Notes under the pieces: model-generated | What the model saw: only the letters and a program-made list of their open reading frames with translations | The model's database searches: none | Told to the model about the DNA's origin: nothing | In this document: positions 32,057 to 44,924 of the stretch, piece after piece | Layout: each line of letters begins with the position of its first letter | How positions within the stretch are numbered: the first letter of the stretch is position 1 | DNA from: Anaeramoeba ignava BMAN | Taxonomy: Eukaryota; Protista; Anaeramoebae | Direction: 5' to 3' | DNA length: 64,000 bases | Assembly (NCBI GenBank): GCA_028826165.1 | Contig: JAPDFW010000139.1 | Location: forward strand, 1-64,000 | Translations under genes and position numbers: made by a program

Positions 32057-34144
32057 ATGTTCACTCGAAAAAGTCTTGGAAAAATTTGGAGTGAAAGAGA
32101 GCTTTGTATATTTTATGAATATTTTAAAATGTATGGATGTCGATGGGATTTATATGTTGATTTACCAGAAAGAACACCAGAAATGTTACAAGCCTTATAC
32201 AATCATCATCGAAGAATATTAGAAAAAGAAGAATTTCCATTAGAACATTTCTTAGCAGTAATGCGTGATCACAACAGCATGCTTAAACTATTAGATTCAA
32301 ACGAAATTCAAAGACTTTTTTTCATACAATCTGGTGCTTTTCCAACAAATCTCAATTTTTCAACTTCTTTGGATCCAAATTTAATAAAGCAAAATTCCAA
32401 CCAAATTTTCCCTAATCATAAAAATGTGGGTCTTAAAAATAGTTCCAATTATTTCAATTCAAATATTTTGAATATTTATAATAATCTTAATCCTACTAAG
32501 AATTCTAACCTTCAAATTATTAATCAAGTTTCTCAACCAAAAGTTATTTCAAATAATAATAATAATAATTCAAGAAATATTGATGAAAATAAAATGCAAA
32601 TTGAAAAACCGAAAGAAATTGAAAAGAAAAAGGAAATTGAAAAACAACTCGAAATTGAAAAACAGAAAGAAATCCAAAAAGAAAAGGAAATTCAAAAACA
32701 ACTTGAAATGGTAAAGCAATTAGAAATTCAAAAACAAAAGGAAATTGAAAAACAAAGAGAAATTGAAAAACATTTGGAAATTGAAAAACAAAAGGAAATC
32801 CAAAAACAACATGAAATTGAAAAGCAAAAGGAAATTGAAAAACAACTGGAAATTGAGAAACAAAAGGAAATTGAAAAACAAAAGGAAATTGAAAAACAAA
32901 AAGAAATTCTAAAACAATTGGAGATTGAAAAACAACTGGAAATTAAAAAGAAAAAGGAAATTGAAAAACAACTGGAAATTGAAAAACAGAAAGAAATTGA
33001 AAAACAGAAAGAAGTTGAAAAACAGAAAGAAGTTGAAAAACAGAAAGAAGTTGAAAAACAGAAAGAAGTTGAAAATAAAATGGAAGTTGAAAAGAAAAAG
33101 GAAATTGAAAAGAAAAAGGAAATTGAAAGAAGAAAAGAACATGAAAGAAGAAAAGAACATGAAAGAAGAAAAGAACATGAAAGAAGAAAAGAAAACGAAA
33201 AAAGACAAGAACATGAAAGAACAAAAGAAAACAATAAAAATACAAATACAAATACAAATACAAATACAAATGAAGCACAAAAAGCGAATTCTGTAAAAAA
33301 TAATCATATAAGATCAAAAAGGAAAGAGTTAACAAGTTCTGAACAAAAAACAGAAAACACACAAACTAAAGATATCAAAAAATTAAAGGCAAAAACACCC
33401 CAACAAAAAAGAAGAAGTCCAATAACATCAGAAATAAATCAAAGAATAACTCGTTCAAATTCGAAAACAAAAACAGAAAATCCTGATGAAAAAGAAAAGC
33501 AAAAAGAAAAAGAAAAAGAAAAAGAAAAAGAAAAACATAATAAAGATCGAAATGAAAGAACAAACAAAAGAGAATATAATGCTCGATATTATTCACATGC
33601 AAATTCATGGACAGAAGCAATAAATCCACAAATTCGATTGGAACAAGTTAGAAATTTTTGTTTTGGCGAATGGTTTTCTTCAGAAGTTCTTGAAGAAAAT
33701 TCGCAAAACGTCAAAGAAAGCAAAATTGAGGAAATTGCAAAAAAATTCCCAAATGAATTAACAAAATTTGAATGGAGATTATTAAAGTCACAATATTTTA
33801 ATATGAATTTCCAACACAATGTTTTTAAGAAAAAAAACGAATCAATGATTCATAACTTGAAAAAGCAAATTAGTAAAAAACCTAAAATTAGAGATGATGT
33901 TTTCTTTATCGATCCTACTTCCAAAATGGAAATTGGTTCAATTTCAAGAAAACCTCCCAAAGATAAAAGAAATAATAAGAAATATCATGTTTATGTTAAA
34001 CAAACTTCTGTTAAAGAATATCCAGATAAATTTTTTTATTTACCGTTTTGGAGAATTAGAGAAAAAAGAGAAATTCCAAGACCAGAAGTTCATGCTTTTC
34101 GTCAAAAAATTTCCAATTTAAAAAATAATAAAGATTTATTGTAA
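32057..34144 (+). CDS. LIN9: LIN9/ALWAYS EARLY-like DREAM/MuvB subunit (SANT-like N-terminus, DIRP-like, Tudor-like)
   Basis: LGKIWSERELCIFYEYF..W..RTPEMLQALY..FLAVMRDH resembles the plant ALY N-terminus; FCFGEWFSS..LTKFEWRLLKS resembles DIRP; EIEKQK repeats lie between. Single ORF. Confidence 0.75.
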   Translation: MFTRKSLGKIWSERELCIFYEYFKMYGCRWDLYVDLPERTPEMLQALYNHHRRILEKEEFPLEHFLAVMRDHNSMLKLLDSNEIQRLFFIQSGAFPTNLNFSTSLDPNLIKQNSNQIFPNHKNVGLKNSSNYFNSNILNIYNNLNPTKNSNLQIINQVSQPKVISNNNNNNSRNIDENKMQIEKPKEIEKKKEIEKQLEIEKQKEIQKEKEIQKQLEMVKQLEIQKQKEIEKQREIEKHLEIEKQKEIQKQHEIEKQKEIEKQLEIEKQKEIEKQKEIEKQKEILKQLEIEKQLEIKKKKEIEKQLEIEKQKEIEKQKEVEKQKEVEKQKEVEKQKEVENKMEVEKKKEIEKKKEIERRKEHERRKEHERRKEHERRKENEKRQEHERTKENNKNTNTNTNTNTNEAQKANSVKNNHIRSKRKELTSSEQKTENTQTKDIKKLKAKTPQQKRRSPITSEINQRITRSNSKTKTENPDEKEKQKEKEKEKEKEKHNKDRNERTNKREYNARYYSHANSWTEAINPQIRLEQVRNFCFGEWFSSEVLEENSQNVKESKIEEIAKKFPNELTKFEWRLLKSQYFNMNFQHNVFKKKNESMIHNLKKQISKKPKIRDDVFFIDPTSKMEIGSISRKPPKDKRNNKKYHVYVKQTSVKEYPDKFFYLPFWRIREKREIPRPEVHAFRQKISNLKNNKDLL

Positions 34145-34438
34145 TTGAACCAAAATTAAAATCAAAAACTCAAAAATCAAAAATCAAAAATTAAAAATCA
34201 AAAATTAAAAATCCATAATAATAAATAAAAAAGATTAAATGTTTATTGTCATTTTTAACTCATTTATAAGTCATTTTATTAAATAAAAACCAATTTTTTT
34301 TTGCTTTTTATTTATTATTTTTTTATTTTTTATTTTATTTTAAAAAAAAAAAGCAAAAAAAATTTTTTTTTAAATTCTTTTTTTTCATTTTTTTTCATTT
34401 TTTTTAATCTCAATTAAAATAAATTTAATTAATAAAAA

Positions 34439-37400
34439 ATGTCTTTACAACACATTTATTCAGCAGCACCAGTTACAACTAGAGCAAAAGTTACACATTT
34501 AGGGGGTGATCCTAAAGGCAAAAACTTTCTATTTTGCAATGGAAGATCAGTTTTTATTTGTGATATTGAAGTATATTTATTAAAATTAAAATTAAAATTA
34601 AAATTAAAATTAAAATTAAAATTAAAATTAAAATCAAAATTAAAATTCATTTATAATATTAAAATTAAAATTAAAATTAAAATTAAAATTAAAATTAAAA
34701 TTAAAATTAATATTAAAATTAATATTAAAATTAAAATTAAAATTAAAATTAAAATTAATATTAAAATTAAAATTAAAATTAAAACCAAAATTAATATCAA
34801 AATTCATTTATAAAATTAAAATTAAAATTAAAAATTAAAATTAAAATTAAAATTAAAACCAAAATTAATATCAATCAAAAAATTTATTAAAATTAAAAAA
34901 ATTAAAATTCATTTAAAATATTAAAATTAAAATTAAAATTAAAATTAAAATTTAAATTTAAAATTAAAATTAAAATTAAAATTAAAATTAAAATTAAAAT
35001 TAAAATTAAAATTAAAATTAATATCAAAATTAATATTAAAATTAAAATTAATAGAATCCTTTAATTTGTGATCAATATACCGAACATCAAAATGAAACTA
35101 CAGTTGCTAAATATTCAAATAGTGGATATTATATTGCTTCAGGAGGTAAAAAAAAACTCAAGAAATATTTTTTTAGAGATTTTTATTTAAAATTCCAAAA
35201 AAAAAATCTTTTTATTTAAAATAATAGATTCTATTGGAAATGTTCGTATTTGGGATACAGTTAATAAAGAACATGTTCTCAAAATTGAATTTAGAGCACT
35301 TTCAGGTCCAATTTATGATATTGACTGGTCACCAGATAGTAAATCAATAGTTATTGTTGGAGATGGAAAAGAAAAGTAAAAAATTAAAATTTAAATTAAA
35401 ATTAAAATTAAAATTAAAATTAAAATTAAAATTAAAATCAAAATAATTAAAATTAAAATCAAAATTAAAATCAAAATTAAAATTAAAATTAAAATCAAAA
35501 TTAAAATCAAAATTAAAATTTAAATTTAAATTAAAATTAAAATTAAAATTTAAATTAAAATTAAAATTAAAATCAAAATCAAAATTAAAATTAAAATTAA
35601 AATTAAAATCAAAATCAAAATCAAAATCAAAATCAAAATTAAAATTATTAAAATTAAAATCAAAATTCATTTATAAAATTAAAATTAAATTAAAATTAAA
35701 ATTAAAATTAAAATTAAAATTAAAATTAAAATCAAAATCAAAATCAAAATCAAAATCAAAATCAAAATCAAAATTTAAATCAAAAATTTTTTATAATCTT
35801 TTTTTTTCAAATACAAGATTTGGTGTTGTTGTTCATTATGATTCAGCATCAAGTGTTGGAGAAATTTCTGCACATTCTAAAGCAATTACTTCTTGTGCAT
35901 GGAAACCAAATAGACCTTATAAAATTGTAACAGCATCTGAAGATCTTTCTGTGAATTTCTTTACTGGTCCACCTTTTAAATTCAGTCATTCTCTTAAAGT
36001 ATTAATAAAACAAAAAAAATTTAAATGATAAAATTATTAATCTAAATTTTTTTATAAAAAAAAAAGGATTATACTCGATTTATTAATTGTGTTAGATATT
36101 CACCAACAGGAGAATTATTCCTTGCTGTTTCTTCTGATAAATCTGTAAATGAAAAATTTTTATTGAATTAAATTTTTATTGAATTAAATTTTTGATTAAA
36201 TTTTTATTGAATTAAATTTTTGATTAAATTTTTATTGAATTAAATTTTTGTTGAATTAGGGAATCTTTTATGATGGTAAACTTGGGCAAAAAAAACATAC
36301 TTTATCTCAAGAAGATGGACATAAATCATCAATTATGAGTTGTTCTTGGAATTCTGATGGAACAAGAGTTATTACAAGTTCAACTGATAAAACTGTTAAA
36401 CTTTGGGATGTTGAAACTGGAAAATCAATTTCAACATTTACTTTTTCAGACAATCCAACATTTGATCATCAACAACTTGGAACATTATGGCAAGGAAATT
36501 ATTTGCTTTCACTTTCACTTGCTGGAACAATTTCATATCTTGATATTAATAATCCATCTAAACCTATTAGACAAATTCAAGTAAAAATTCTAATTAACAT
36601 GAAAATATTAAAAAATTAAAATTAAAATTAAAAAATTAAAATTAAAATTGGAATTAACATGAAAATATTAAAATTGAATTAAAATTTTAATTAACATGAA
36701 AATATTAAAATTAAAATTGGAATTAAAATGAAAATATTAAAAATTAAAATAAATTTTAATTAACATGAAAATATTAAAAATTAAATTAAAAATTGAAAAT
36801 ATTTTTTATAGGGTCATAACAAATCCATTAAACACATCTCATACAGTAAACAAGAAAACACAATCTTCTCAGGTGATTACAACGGAAACATCTATGCTTG
36901 GGAAGTCGGAAAAGGATCAATAAACGGATTTACAAACACTGGACACACAAACCAAATCACATCAATGGATATCATTGGAGATCAATTAATCTCAGTAGGA
37001 TTTGACGACACACTGAGAAAGGCATCAATAAACGATCGTATGTACAAAGAATCAGTAGCACTTGAAGCACAACCAACAGATATGGCAGTCTCACCAAAAA
37101 ACCCCGATATCTCAATAGTTTGCACACAAGGAGGAATCAATGTGTACAAAAACACTAATTTGGTAAGCGAGACTAAAGTCAGTTACAAACCAACAGCAGT
37201 TTCCATCCGAGAAGATGGAAATGAAGTTGCTATCGGAGGAGCAGATAAGAAGGTTCATGTTTTTGATTTCAACGGAAATGATTTGAAGCAAAAATATGAA
37301 CTTACAAGACACAATGGTCAAATCACAGTTGTTAGATATTCTCCCGATGGAACACTTCTCGCCTCAGGAGACACAAACAGAGAAATCATTGTCTGGAAAA

Positions 37401-37660
37401 ATAAAGAAGCTCATAACACTGGTTGGGTCTTCCACACATCAAGAATTAACACCCTTAATTGGGCTCAAGATTCAATTCATTTGGCTAGTGGATCCGTTGA
37501 TGGTCAAATTATCATCTGGAATTCTGATGAACCAAAAAAGAGAGTTATCATCAGAAATGCTCATCAATCTGGTGTTAATTCTGTTGCTTGGATTGGTGAA
37601 AATGTTTTGGCTTCAACAGGTGAAGATTGCACTTTGAAGACTTGGAATATTGATTTCTAA
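34439..37660 (+). CDS. WDR1: Actin-interacting protein 1 / WD repeat protein 1 (7 exons)
   Basis: Exons 34439-34570, 35055-35145, 35228-35375, 35818-35998, 36067-36144, 36260-36580, 36812-37660. AAPVTTRA..GGDPKGKN, YTEH..TTVAKYS..GYYIASGD..GNVRIWD, RPYKIVTASED, GPPFKF, QQLG.LW, GHNKSI, WVFHTSRI. Confidence 0.95.
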
Positions 37661-37853
37661 ATCTTCTTTTTTTCTTTTCTTTTTTTCTTTTCTTTTTTTC
37701 TAATTCGGAAACAAATTTCAACATTAATTTGACATTTTCTTTTCTTTTCTTTTCAATTCAAAATTTTTTAAAAAAAAAATCCAAAAAATTTAAAAACAAT
37801 TTTTTTTTTTCATTTTTTTTTCTTTTCATTTTTTCTTCTTTTAAAAAAAAAAA

Positions 37854-40800
37854 ATGGATGAATTTAATGATAATTTTGTTAAAACAAAAAAACCACTTTC
37901 TTATTTTGAAAAAACAGAAATGTTTCCAATAATTGATGAAGAATTTTTTCGTATAATGTTTTATCCAAATAATTTTATAAGGAAAAGTGTTCTTTTTGAA
38001 TCAAGAGAAAGTTTAGAGGATATGTTACAAAGAATTAGAACTCAATCAAATTTAAGAGTTAGTTTGCTAGATCGGAATCAAAATCAAAATGAAAATGAAA
38101 ATCAAAATCAAAATGAAAATAATTCGATTGAAGAATTAAGTTTAAATTATTCTGATGAATTTAACAACAATAACAACAACAATAATCAAATTGAAAATCA
38201 AAATCAAAATCAAAATCAAAATCAAATCCAAAATCAAAATCAAAATCTAAATCAAATTCAAAATCTAAATCAAAATATAAATCAAAATCAAAATCAAAAC
38301 CAAAATCAAAATCAAAATCAAATCAAAAATCAAAATCAAAATATAAATCAAAATCAAATTCAAAATCAAAATATAAAAGAAAATCAAAATCAAAATCAAA
38401 ATATAAATGAAAATCAAAATGAAAATCAAAATCAAAATCAAAATCAAAATATAAAAGAAAATCAAAATCAAAATCAAAATATAAATCAAAATCAAAATCA
38501 AAATCAAAATCAAAATCAAAATCAAAATCAAAATGAAAATAAATTGAAAATTAGTTTTAAAATCAAAATTTAACAACAAATATAAAACAAAAATCAAAAT
38601 GAAAATCAAAAATCAAAAATCAAAATCAAAATCAAAAATCAAATATAAATCAAAATCAAAATCAAATTCAAAATATAAATCAAAATCAAAATCAAAATAT
38701 AAATCAAAATCAAAATCAAAATGAAAATCAAAATATAAATCAAAATCAAAATCAAAATCAAATTCAAAATCAAAATCAAAATCAAAATCAAAATCAAAAT
38801 CAAAATCAAAATCAAAATCAAAATCAAAATATAAATCAAAATCAAAATCAAAATCAAAATCAAAATCAAAATCAAAATGAAAATCAAAATCAAAAATCAA
38901 AATCAAAATATAATTCAAAATCAAAATCAAAATCAAAATCAAAATCAAAATCAAAATCAAAATCAAAATCAAAATCAAAATATAAATCAAAATCAAAATA
39001 TAAATCAAAATCTAAATCAAAATATAAATCAAAATCAAAATCAAAACCAAAATCAAAATCAAAATCAAAATCAAAATATAAATCAAAATCAAAATATAAA
39101 TCAAAATCAAAATCAAAATCAAAATCAAAATCAAAATCAAAATCAAAATCAAAATCAAAATATAAATCAAAATAAAATCAAAATATAAATCAAAATATAA
39201 ATCAAAATATAAATCAAAATCAAAATCAAAATCAAAATCAAATCAAAATATAAATCAAAATATAAATCAAAAATCAAAATATAAATCAAAATATAAATCA
39301 AAATCAAAATCAAAATATAAATCAAAATATAAATCAAAATATAAATCAAAATATAAATCAAAATATAAATCAAAATATAAATCAAAATCAAAATATAAAA
39401 GAAAATCAAAATGAAAATCAAAATATAAAAGAAAATCAAAATCAAAATCAAAATCAAAATCAAAATGAAAATAATTCGATTGAAGAATTAAGTTTAAATT
39501 ATTCTGATGAATTTAACAACAATAACAACAACAATAATCAAATTGAAAATCAAAATATAAAAGAAAATCAAAATCGAAATCAAAATATAAATCAAAATCA
39601 AAATATAAAAGAAAATCAAATTCAAAATCAAAATCTAAATGAAAATCAAAATCTAAACCAAAATATAAATCAAAATCAAAATATAAATCAAAATCAAAAT
39701 CAAAATCAAAATCAAAATCAAAATCAAAATATAAATCAAAATCAAAATCAAAATATAAATCAAAATATAAATCAAAATATAAATCAAAATCAAAATCAAA
39801 ATATAAATCAAAATATAAATCAAAATATAAATCAAAATATAAATCAAAATATAAATCAAAATCAAAATATAAATCAAAATCAAAATATAAATCAAAATAT
39901 AAATCAAAATCAAAATCAAAATCAAAATATAAATCAAAATATAAATCAAAATCAAAATCAAAATCAAAATATAAATCAAAATATAAATCAAATTCAAAAT
40001 ATAATTCAAAATATAAATCAAAATATAATTCAAAATCAAAATCAAAATCAAAATATAAATATAAATCAAAATATAAATCAAAATCAAAATCAAAATCAAA
40101 ATCAAAATCAAATTCAAATTCAAATTCAAAATCAAAATCAAAATATAAATCAAAATCAAAATATAATTCAAAATCAAAATATAAATCAAATTCAAAATAT
40201 AATTCAAATTCAAAATATGAATATAAATAATAATAATAAAGACAGTTTTGAAGAACTTTCAGAACTATCACCAAACTCAGATTTTTTGGATTCTTCTGGT
40301 ATTTTTCTTCCAAGTATATCAAACACACCAGAATTGGATGGATATGAAAATCATCAATCACATATAAATTCTAGAAACTATAATCAAGAAGATTTATTTT
40401 CAGAATTACCAGATGAAAGTAAAAAAGAAAAGAAAAATAATATTTTTGTATTTATTCTTATAATAAAAAAACAAATTTATTATCTTTATAGTTATTGCAA
40501 TAATATTCCAATATCTGGACAAACCTTATCATCTCGCCTACTGCTCGCTTGTAAACATAAGATTCAACTCAATTTCAAGCGATAGAACTTTTTGGAAAGA
40601 AATGATAATAAAATATGCACCATTAATTGATTTTATTGAATGTGTAAATACAGCTTACATTGAAGATGAAAGATTAACAAGTTATATTTCTTTCTGTGGA
40701 GTTTTAGGAATAACAAAATATCTTCACCAGCAATCACACCATTTATATCGCGATGTCTCGATTAACAACCCCATTCTTATTCACGAAGATGTGGAAATTG

Positions 40801-41955
40801 AACCTCGTATATTGAACATTTTTAATACAAATCCTCGCAGAATATTTCTTCATCAAATTGGTTCATTCCATCGTGAATTAAAGAAAAAACGAGCAATTGA
40901 AATTGCCTTCAAAACTGAAAAAAAAAGAAGAAATTTCCACAAAAAAATCAAACCAGTTTTCCAACCCAAAATAATATTTAATCTTTTTGGAATTCTTGGG
41001 TTAATAACAACAATATTAACATCATTGATTCTGGATTCAGTAATCAAAACATCATACCAAATTGCATTTTTGCCATTATATATTTTGCTGGTTTATTTTA
41101 GTTTGTTTGGAATATCTTTGTGGATAAAAGGACATTCGACACCATCACAATTCAAAGTTTCCAAAGCAATTATAGCTTGGACATTATCATATATTGTATT
41201 ATTAATGGCATCAGCATATAAATTTGATAATCAATTTTTATCATCAACGAAAGAAGCAAGAGGAGATCATCGAACAGGAAATTATTCATTTAATTATTTA
41301 AATAATGATTCAAATTATGATTCAAATTTTTATTCAATTTTTTATTCAAGTTTTTATTCAAGTTTTTATTCAAATAATTCTTCTTCAAATTCAGATATAT
41401 TCAAAAGCAAAAAGGATTCGGAATTTCCTGTTCATTCTCCATCTTGGTTCGTTGCTTTTTCTCCTCAAGCATTTTGCTTGGTTGTTGGCATGATTGTTGC
41501 TATTGCCTTTGAGAAACAAACCCCGAATCCGTTCTGATTGGATCAATAATTTTGCAACTAGTTTTTTTGTTCTTTTCCAAATTCCACTTTTTCTGTTCCT
41601 TTTATTTTTGTCGATCAAATTGGAAAATCTTGCAAATATATCAGTTAATTTATTAATTACAACTTTGTTCCTATTCGATTTTATTCCCATTATTGCTGCG
41701 TTTGTTTGGGCTCCTATTGGCCCTTTTATTTACAAAAAACTCAGGAATTGTCGAATTGATTTTGCAAAAGATATTTTTTCAACTTCTTTTTATCTTTCAA
41801 TTCCTTTTCTGTTTCAATTTTGTTTCCATTTGTTGGTTCTTTTGAAATTTGTTAGTTTGATTCATTGTTCTTGGATTTGTGTTTCAATTCCGTTAATCAT
41901 TTTTTTTGTTTCTTCTATTATTTTTGGTTGTTTTTTTGAAAAAATTTATATTTAA
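37854..41955 (+). CDS. F-box + multi-pass transmembrane (TMEM185/FAM11-like) protein with NQ-rich N-terminus
   Basis: Splicing out 40419-40491 gives LFSELPDEIIAIIFQYLDKPYHLAYCSLVNIRFNSISSDRTFWKEM (F-box). About 8 hydrophobic segments follow, with K(L/F)(D/E)...W/Y..F.P repeats. Frameshifts in the NQ tract and near 41520. Confidence 0.7.
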
Positions 41956-42103
41956 AATAACAAAATCCAAATCCAAAAACAAAAACAATTTTTTTAACAA
42001 TCAAAATTCCTTTTTTCTTTTTTAAAAAATTAGAAAAAAAAAAAAGAAAAAAAGATCAAAAACAAAAATGAAAAATTTGATTAATTAAATTGATTAAAAA
42101 TTA

Positions 42104-44387
42104 TTATTGAGTAAATCTGAAATCTTCATCAAAATCTTTTTCATCATTTTGATTTTGATTTTGATTTTGATTTTGATTTTGATTTTGATTTTGATTTTGA
42201 TTTTGATTTTGATTTTGATTTTGATTTTGATTTTGATTTTGATTTTGATTTTGATTTTGATTTTGATTTTGATTTTCATTTTCATTTTCATTTTGATTTT
42301 CGTTTTGATTTTGATTTTGATTTTCATTTTGATTAAAAATTGGTTGTGAAAAACTAAATCCAAATTTACGAATAGCATTTGAACTAATTGAAATTGAATT
42401 TCCTCTTTTTAATCTTGCTTGATTTTGTGGTTTGTTTTCTCCCATTAATTCTCCATACCAACTTTTTAATTCTTGAAGTGAAATTGTTCTTTTCTTTTTT
42501 AATTTTTTTATTGCTTCTCTTCTAAATTTATTATCTTTAGAAAGTTGTTCTTTGAATTTTTTATCTTTCATTTCTCGATAATCTCTTGGAATACAAAATC
42601 CTTTATTTTCTTCATTATGAAAAAATCTTCTGTATCCTCCTTCTAATACATAAGTATCTGCATAAAATAAATCTGGATATTGATTTATTGATCTATCAAT
42701 TCTTCTAAATAATCTTGCCATTTCTGGTCCTCTTTTTTGTGAAAATTCACAATAAAAAATAACACAAGCTTTTCGATAAATTTGTTTACAAAATAATTTT
42801 TTTAAAACTAAATCTGGAATATTCCAATTATGTGCTCCTGCTATATGTCCTCCTTCATATTCATAAGGAAATCTACAATCAATAATAAATGTATAATCAA
42901 AAGTATCTTTATAATCTCCATTAACCAATTTACATACCTATTTTTAATTTTGATTTTGATTTTAATTTTGATTTATATTTTAATTTTAATTTTGATTTTG
43001 ATTTTGATTTTGATTTTGATTTTGATTTTGAATTTAATTTTGATTTTGATTTTGATTTTGATTTTGATTTTGATTTTGATTTTGATTTTGATTTTGATTT
43101 TGATTTTGATTTATATTTTGATTTTGATTTTAATTTTGATTTAGATTTAGATTTTGATTTTTGATTTTGATTTATATTTACAGTAGAACCTGAAATTGTA
43201 CTTAAATCATAAGGTTCACCTCTTGTTATTGGAAGAAAAAGTTTTGGTGAATTGATTTCATAATTTAAATTCATTCCCATACTTTTTTGTTTTTGAAGAA
43301 ATCCTATTGGCTTTCTTTTATATTCATTTTGGTTTTGATTTTGATTTTGATTTTCATTTTCAATTTCATTTTGATTTTGATTTTCATCGAGACTATTGGA
43401 TTTAAACATAAAACAACAAGTTTTTTGATTTGGACTTTCTGTTATTTCAGGTGTTATACATTTCCTTTCATTTCTAATTCCATAATTAAGTAATTTTGAA
43501 GGTGTTGTTGCATCTAAAAATCCTGCTGAAGGTGATCTTATCATTTTTGAATAAAATAAATCTGTTTTGGTTTTACTTCCATCTGGTGTTTTAGGACATT
43601 CATCTGATTCATTTCCATTTTTGATAATTTCTTCTTTCAAATTTTCTTTGATATCAGTTTTAATTGATAATTTTGTTGTAATTGGTTTATTAAAATTTGA
43701 ATTGAAATTTTTATTGAAATTTTTATTGAAATTTGAAATTGGATCAAATTCATAATTTGTTTTTGATTAATTTTATCAACTTCTTCATCAATATCTTCAT
43801 CAATACTTTCTTCTCTATTGATTTTAGGAGTTTTTTGATTTGAATTAATTGCTAATTTACTTAATTTTGTTGAAATATTTGGTGATTCATAAATTAAAGA
43901 TGAAATATTGCTTGATTGATCAGGTGTATTTGGAGTTTTTGGATGAGAAAAAATATCTTGAGAAATACTTTTTGATCTTGATAATTGAGTTGCTCTAAAT
44001 AATTTTGGAGCTTTGAGAGTTTTTGGAGTTGATTCAAATTTAAATAAAGGTGAAGATTTATTAACATCAGCTGTTAATGGTTCTTTTGGATTTGGATTTG
44101 GATTGATTTCTTCACATTGAGAAAGTGAAATTGTTAATGAAGTTCTTCTTTTAAATGTTGGTGTTTTTTGTCTTATTCTTGGTTTTTTTGTTAATTGTTG
44201 TTCAATATTTTCTTTAGATTTTATATTTTCTTCATTTCCAAATTTTTCAAAAAGATTTCTTGTTAAAAATTTCTTTTTTTCTTCTTCTTCTTCTTTTCTT
44301 TTTCTTTTTAAAATTTATTTTCCCAAATAATGTTTTATTTTGTTGATTTTTGTTAATTTTTTGAGGAATTTTAATTTGGAAACTCAT
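42104..44387 (-). CDS. CDC25: Cdc25 copy 2 (inverted paralogue; two indels in exon 1)
   Basis: ATG 44387, intron 43181-42938, catalytic exon nearly identical to copy 1, different C-terminus (NDEKDFDEDFRFTQ). A -2 nt indel near 44290 and a +2 nt indel near 43762 are either errors or pseudogenisation. Confidence 0.85.
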
Positions 44388-44656
44388 TTCTTTCTAATTA
44401 AAAATTTAATTAAAAAATTTAAATAAAAAAAATTAAAATAAAAAAATCGTTAGTTTTTTTAATCATTAAAATTAATTAAAATTTTGTTATTTTCAATTTA
44501 ATATTTTAAGAATAAATTTAATAGAATAAGATTACTTATTTAATTTTAGCAAAAATGTTTTCTTTTTAAAATTTTTATTTTAATTTTTAATTAAAATTTT
44601 TATCATAAAAAAAAAATAAAAAAGAATAAATTTAAATTTAAAATAATTTTATAATT

Positions 44657-44694
44657 AATCAACGAATAAAATCAACGAGTAAAATTCAACGGAT
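44657..44694 (+). promoter_or_regulatory. Duplicated triple TCAACG(A/G) motif upstream of Cdc25 copy 2
   Basis: TCAACGA 44659, TCAACGA 44672, TCAACGG 44686. Confidence 0.55.
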
Positions 44695-44924
44695 AGAAGT
44701 TATTTTATTTATTAAATTATTAATCTCTAAAAAATAAAATCAAAAAAAAAAAATTTTCTTCTTTTTTTATTTATTCTTTTTTTTAAATAATAATCAAAAT
44801 AGAAAAAAGAAAAATGGAATAAAAAGTATTAAATTCATTTTTAAATTCTTTTATTTATATTTTTTTTTGTTCCACTTTTTTTTAAATTTTAATTTTAATT
44901 TAAATTTTAATTTGATTTTTAATT

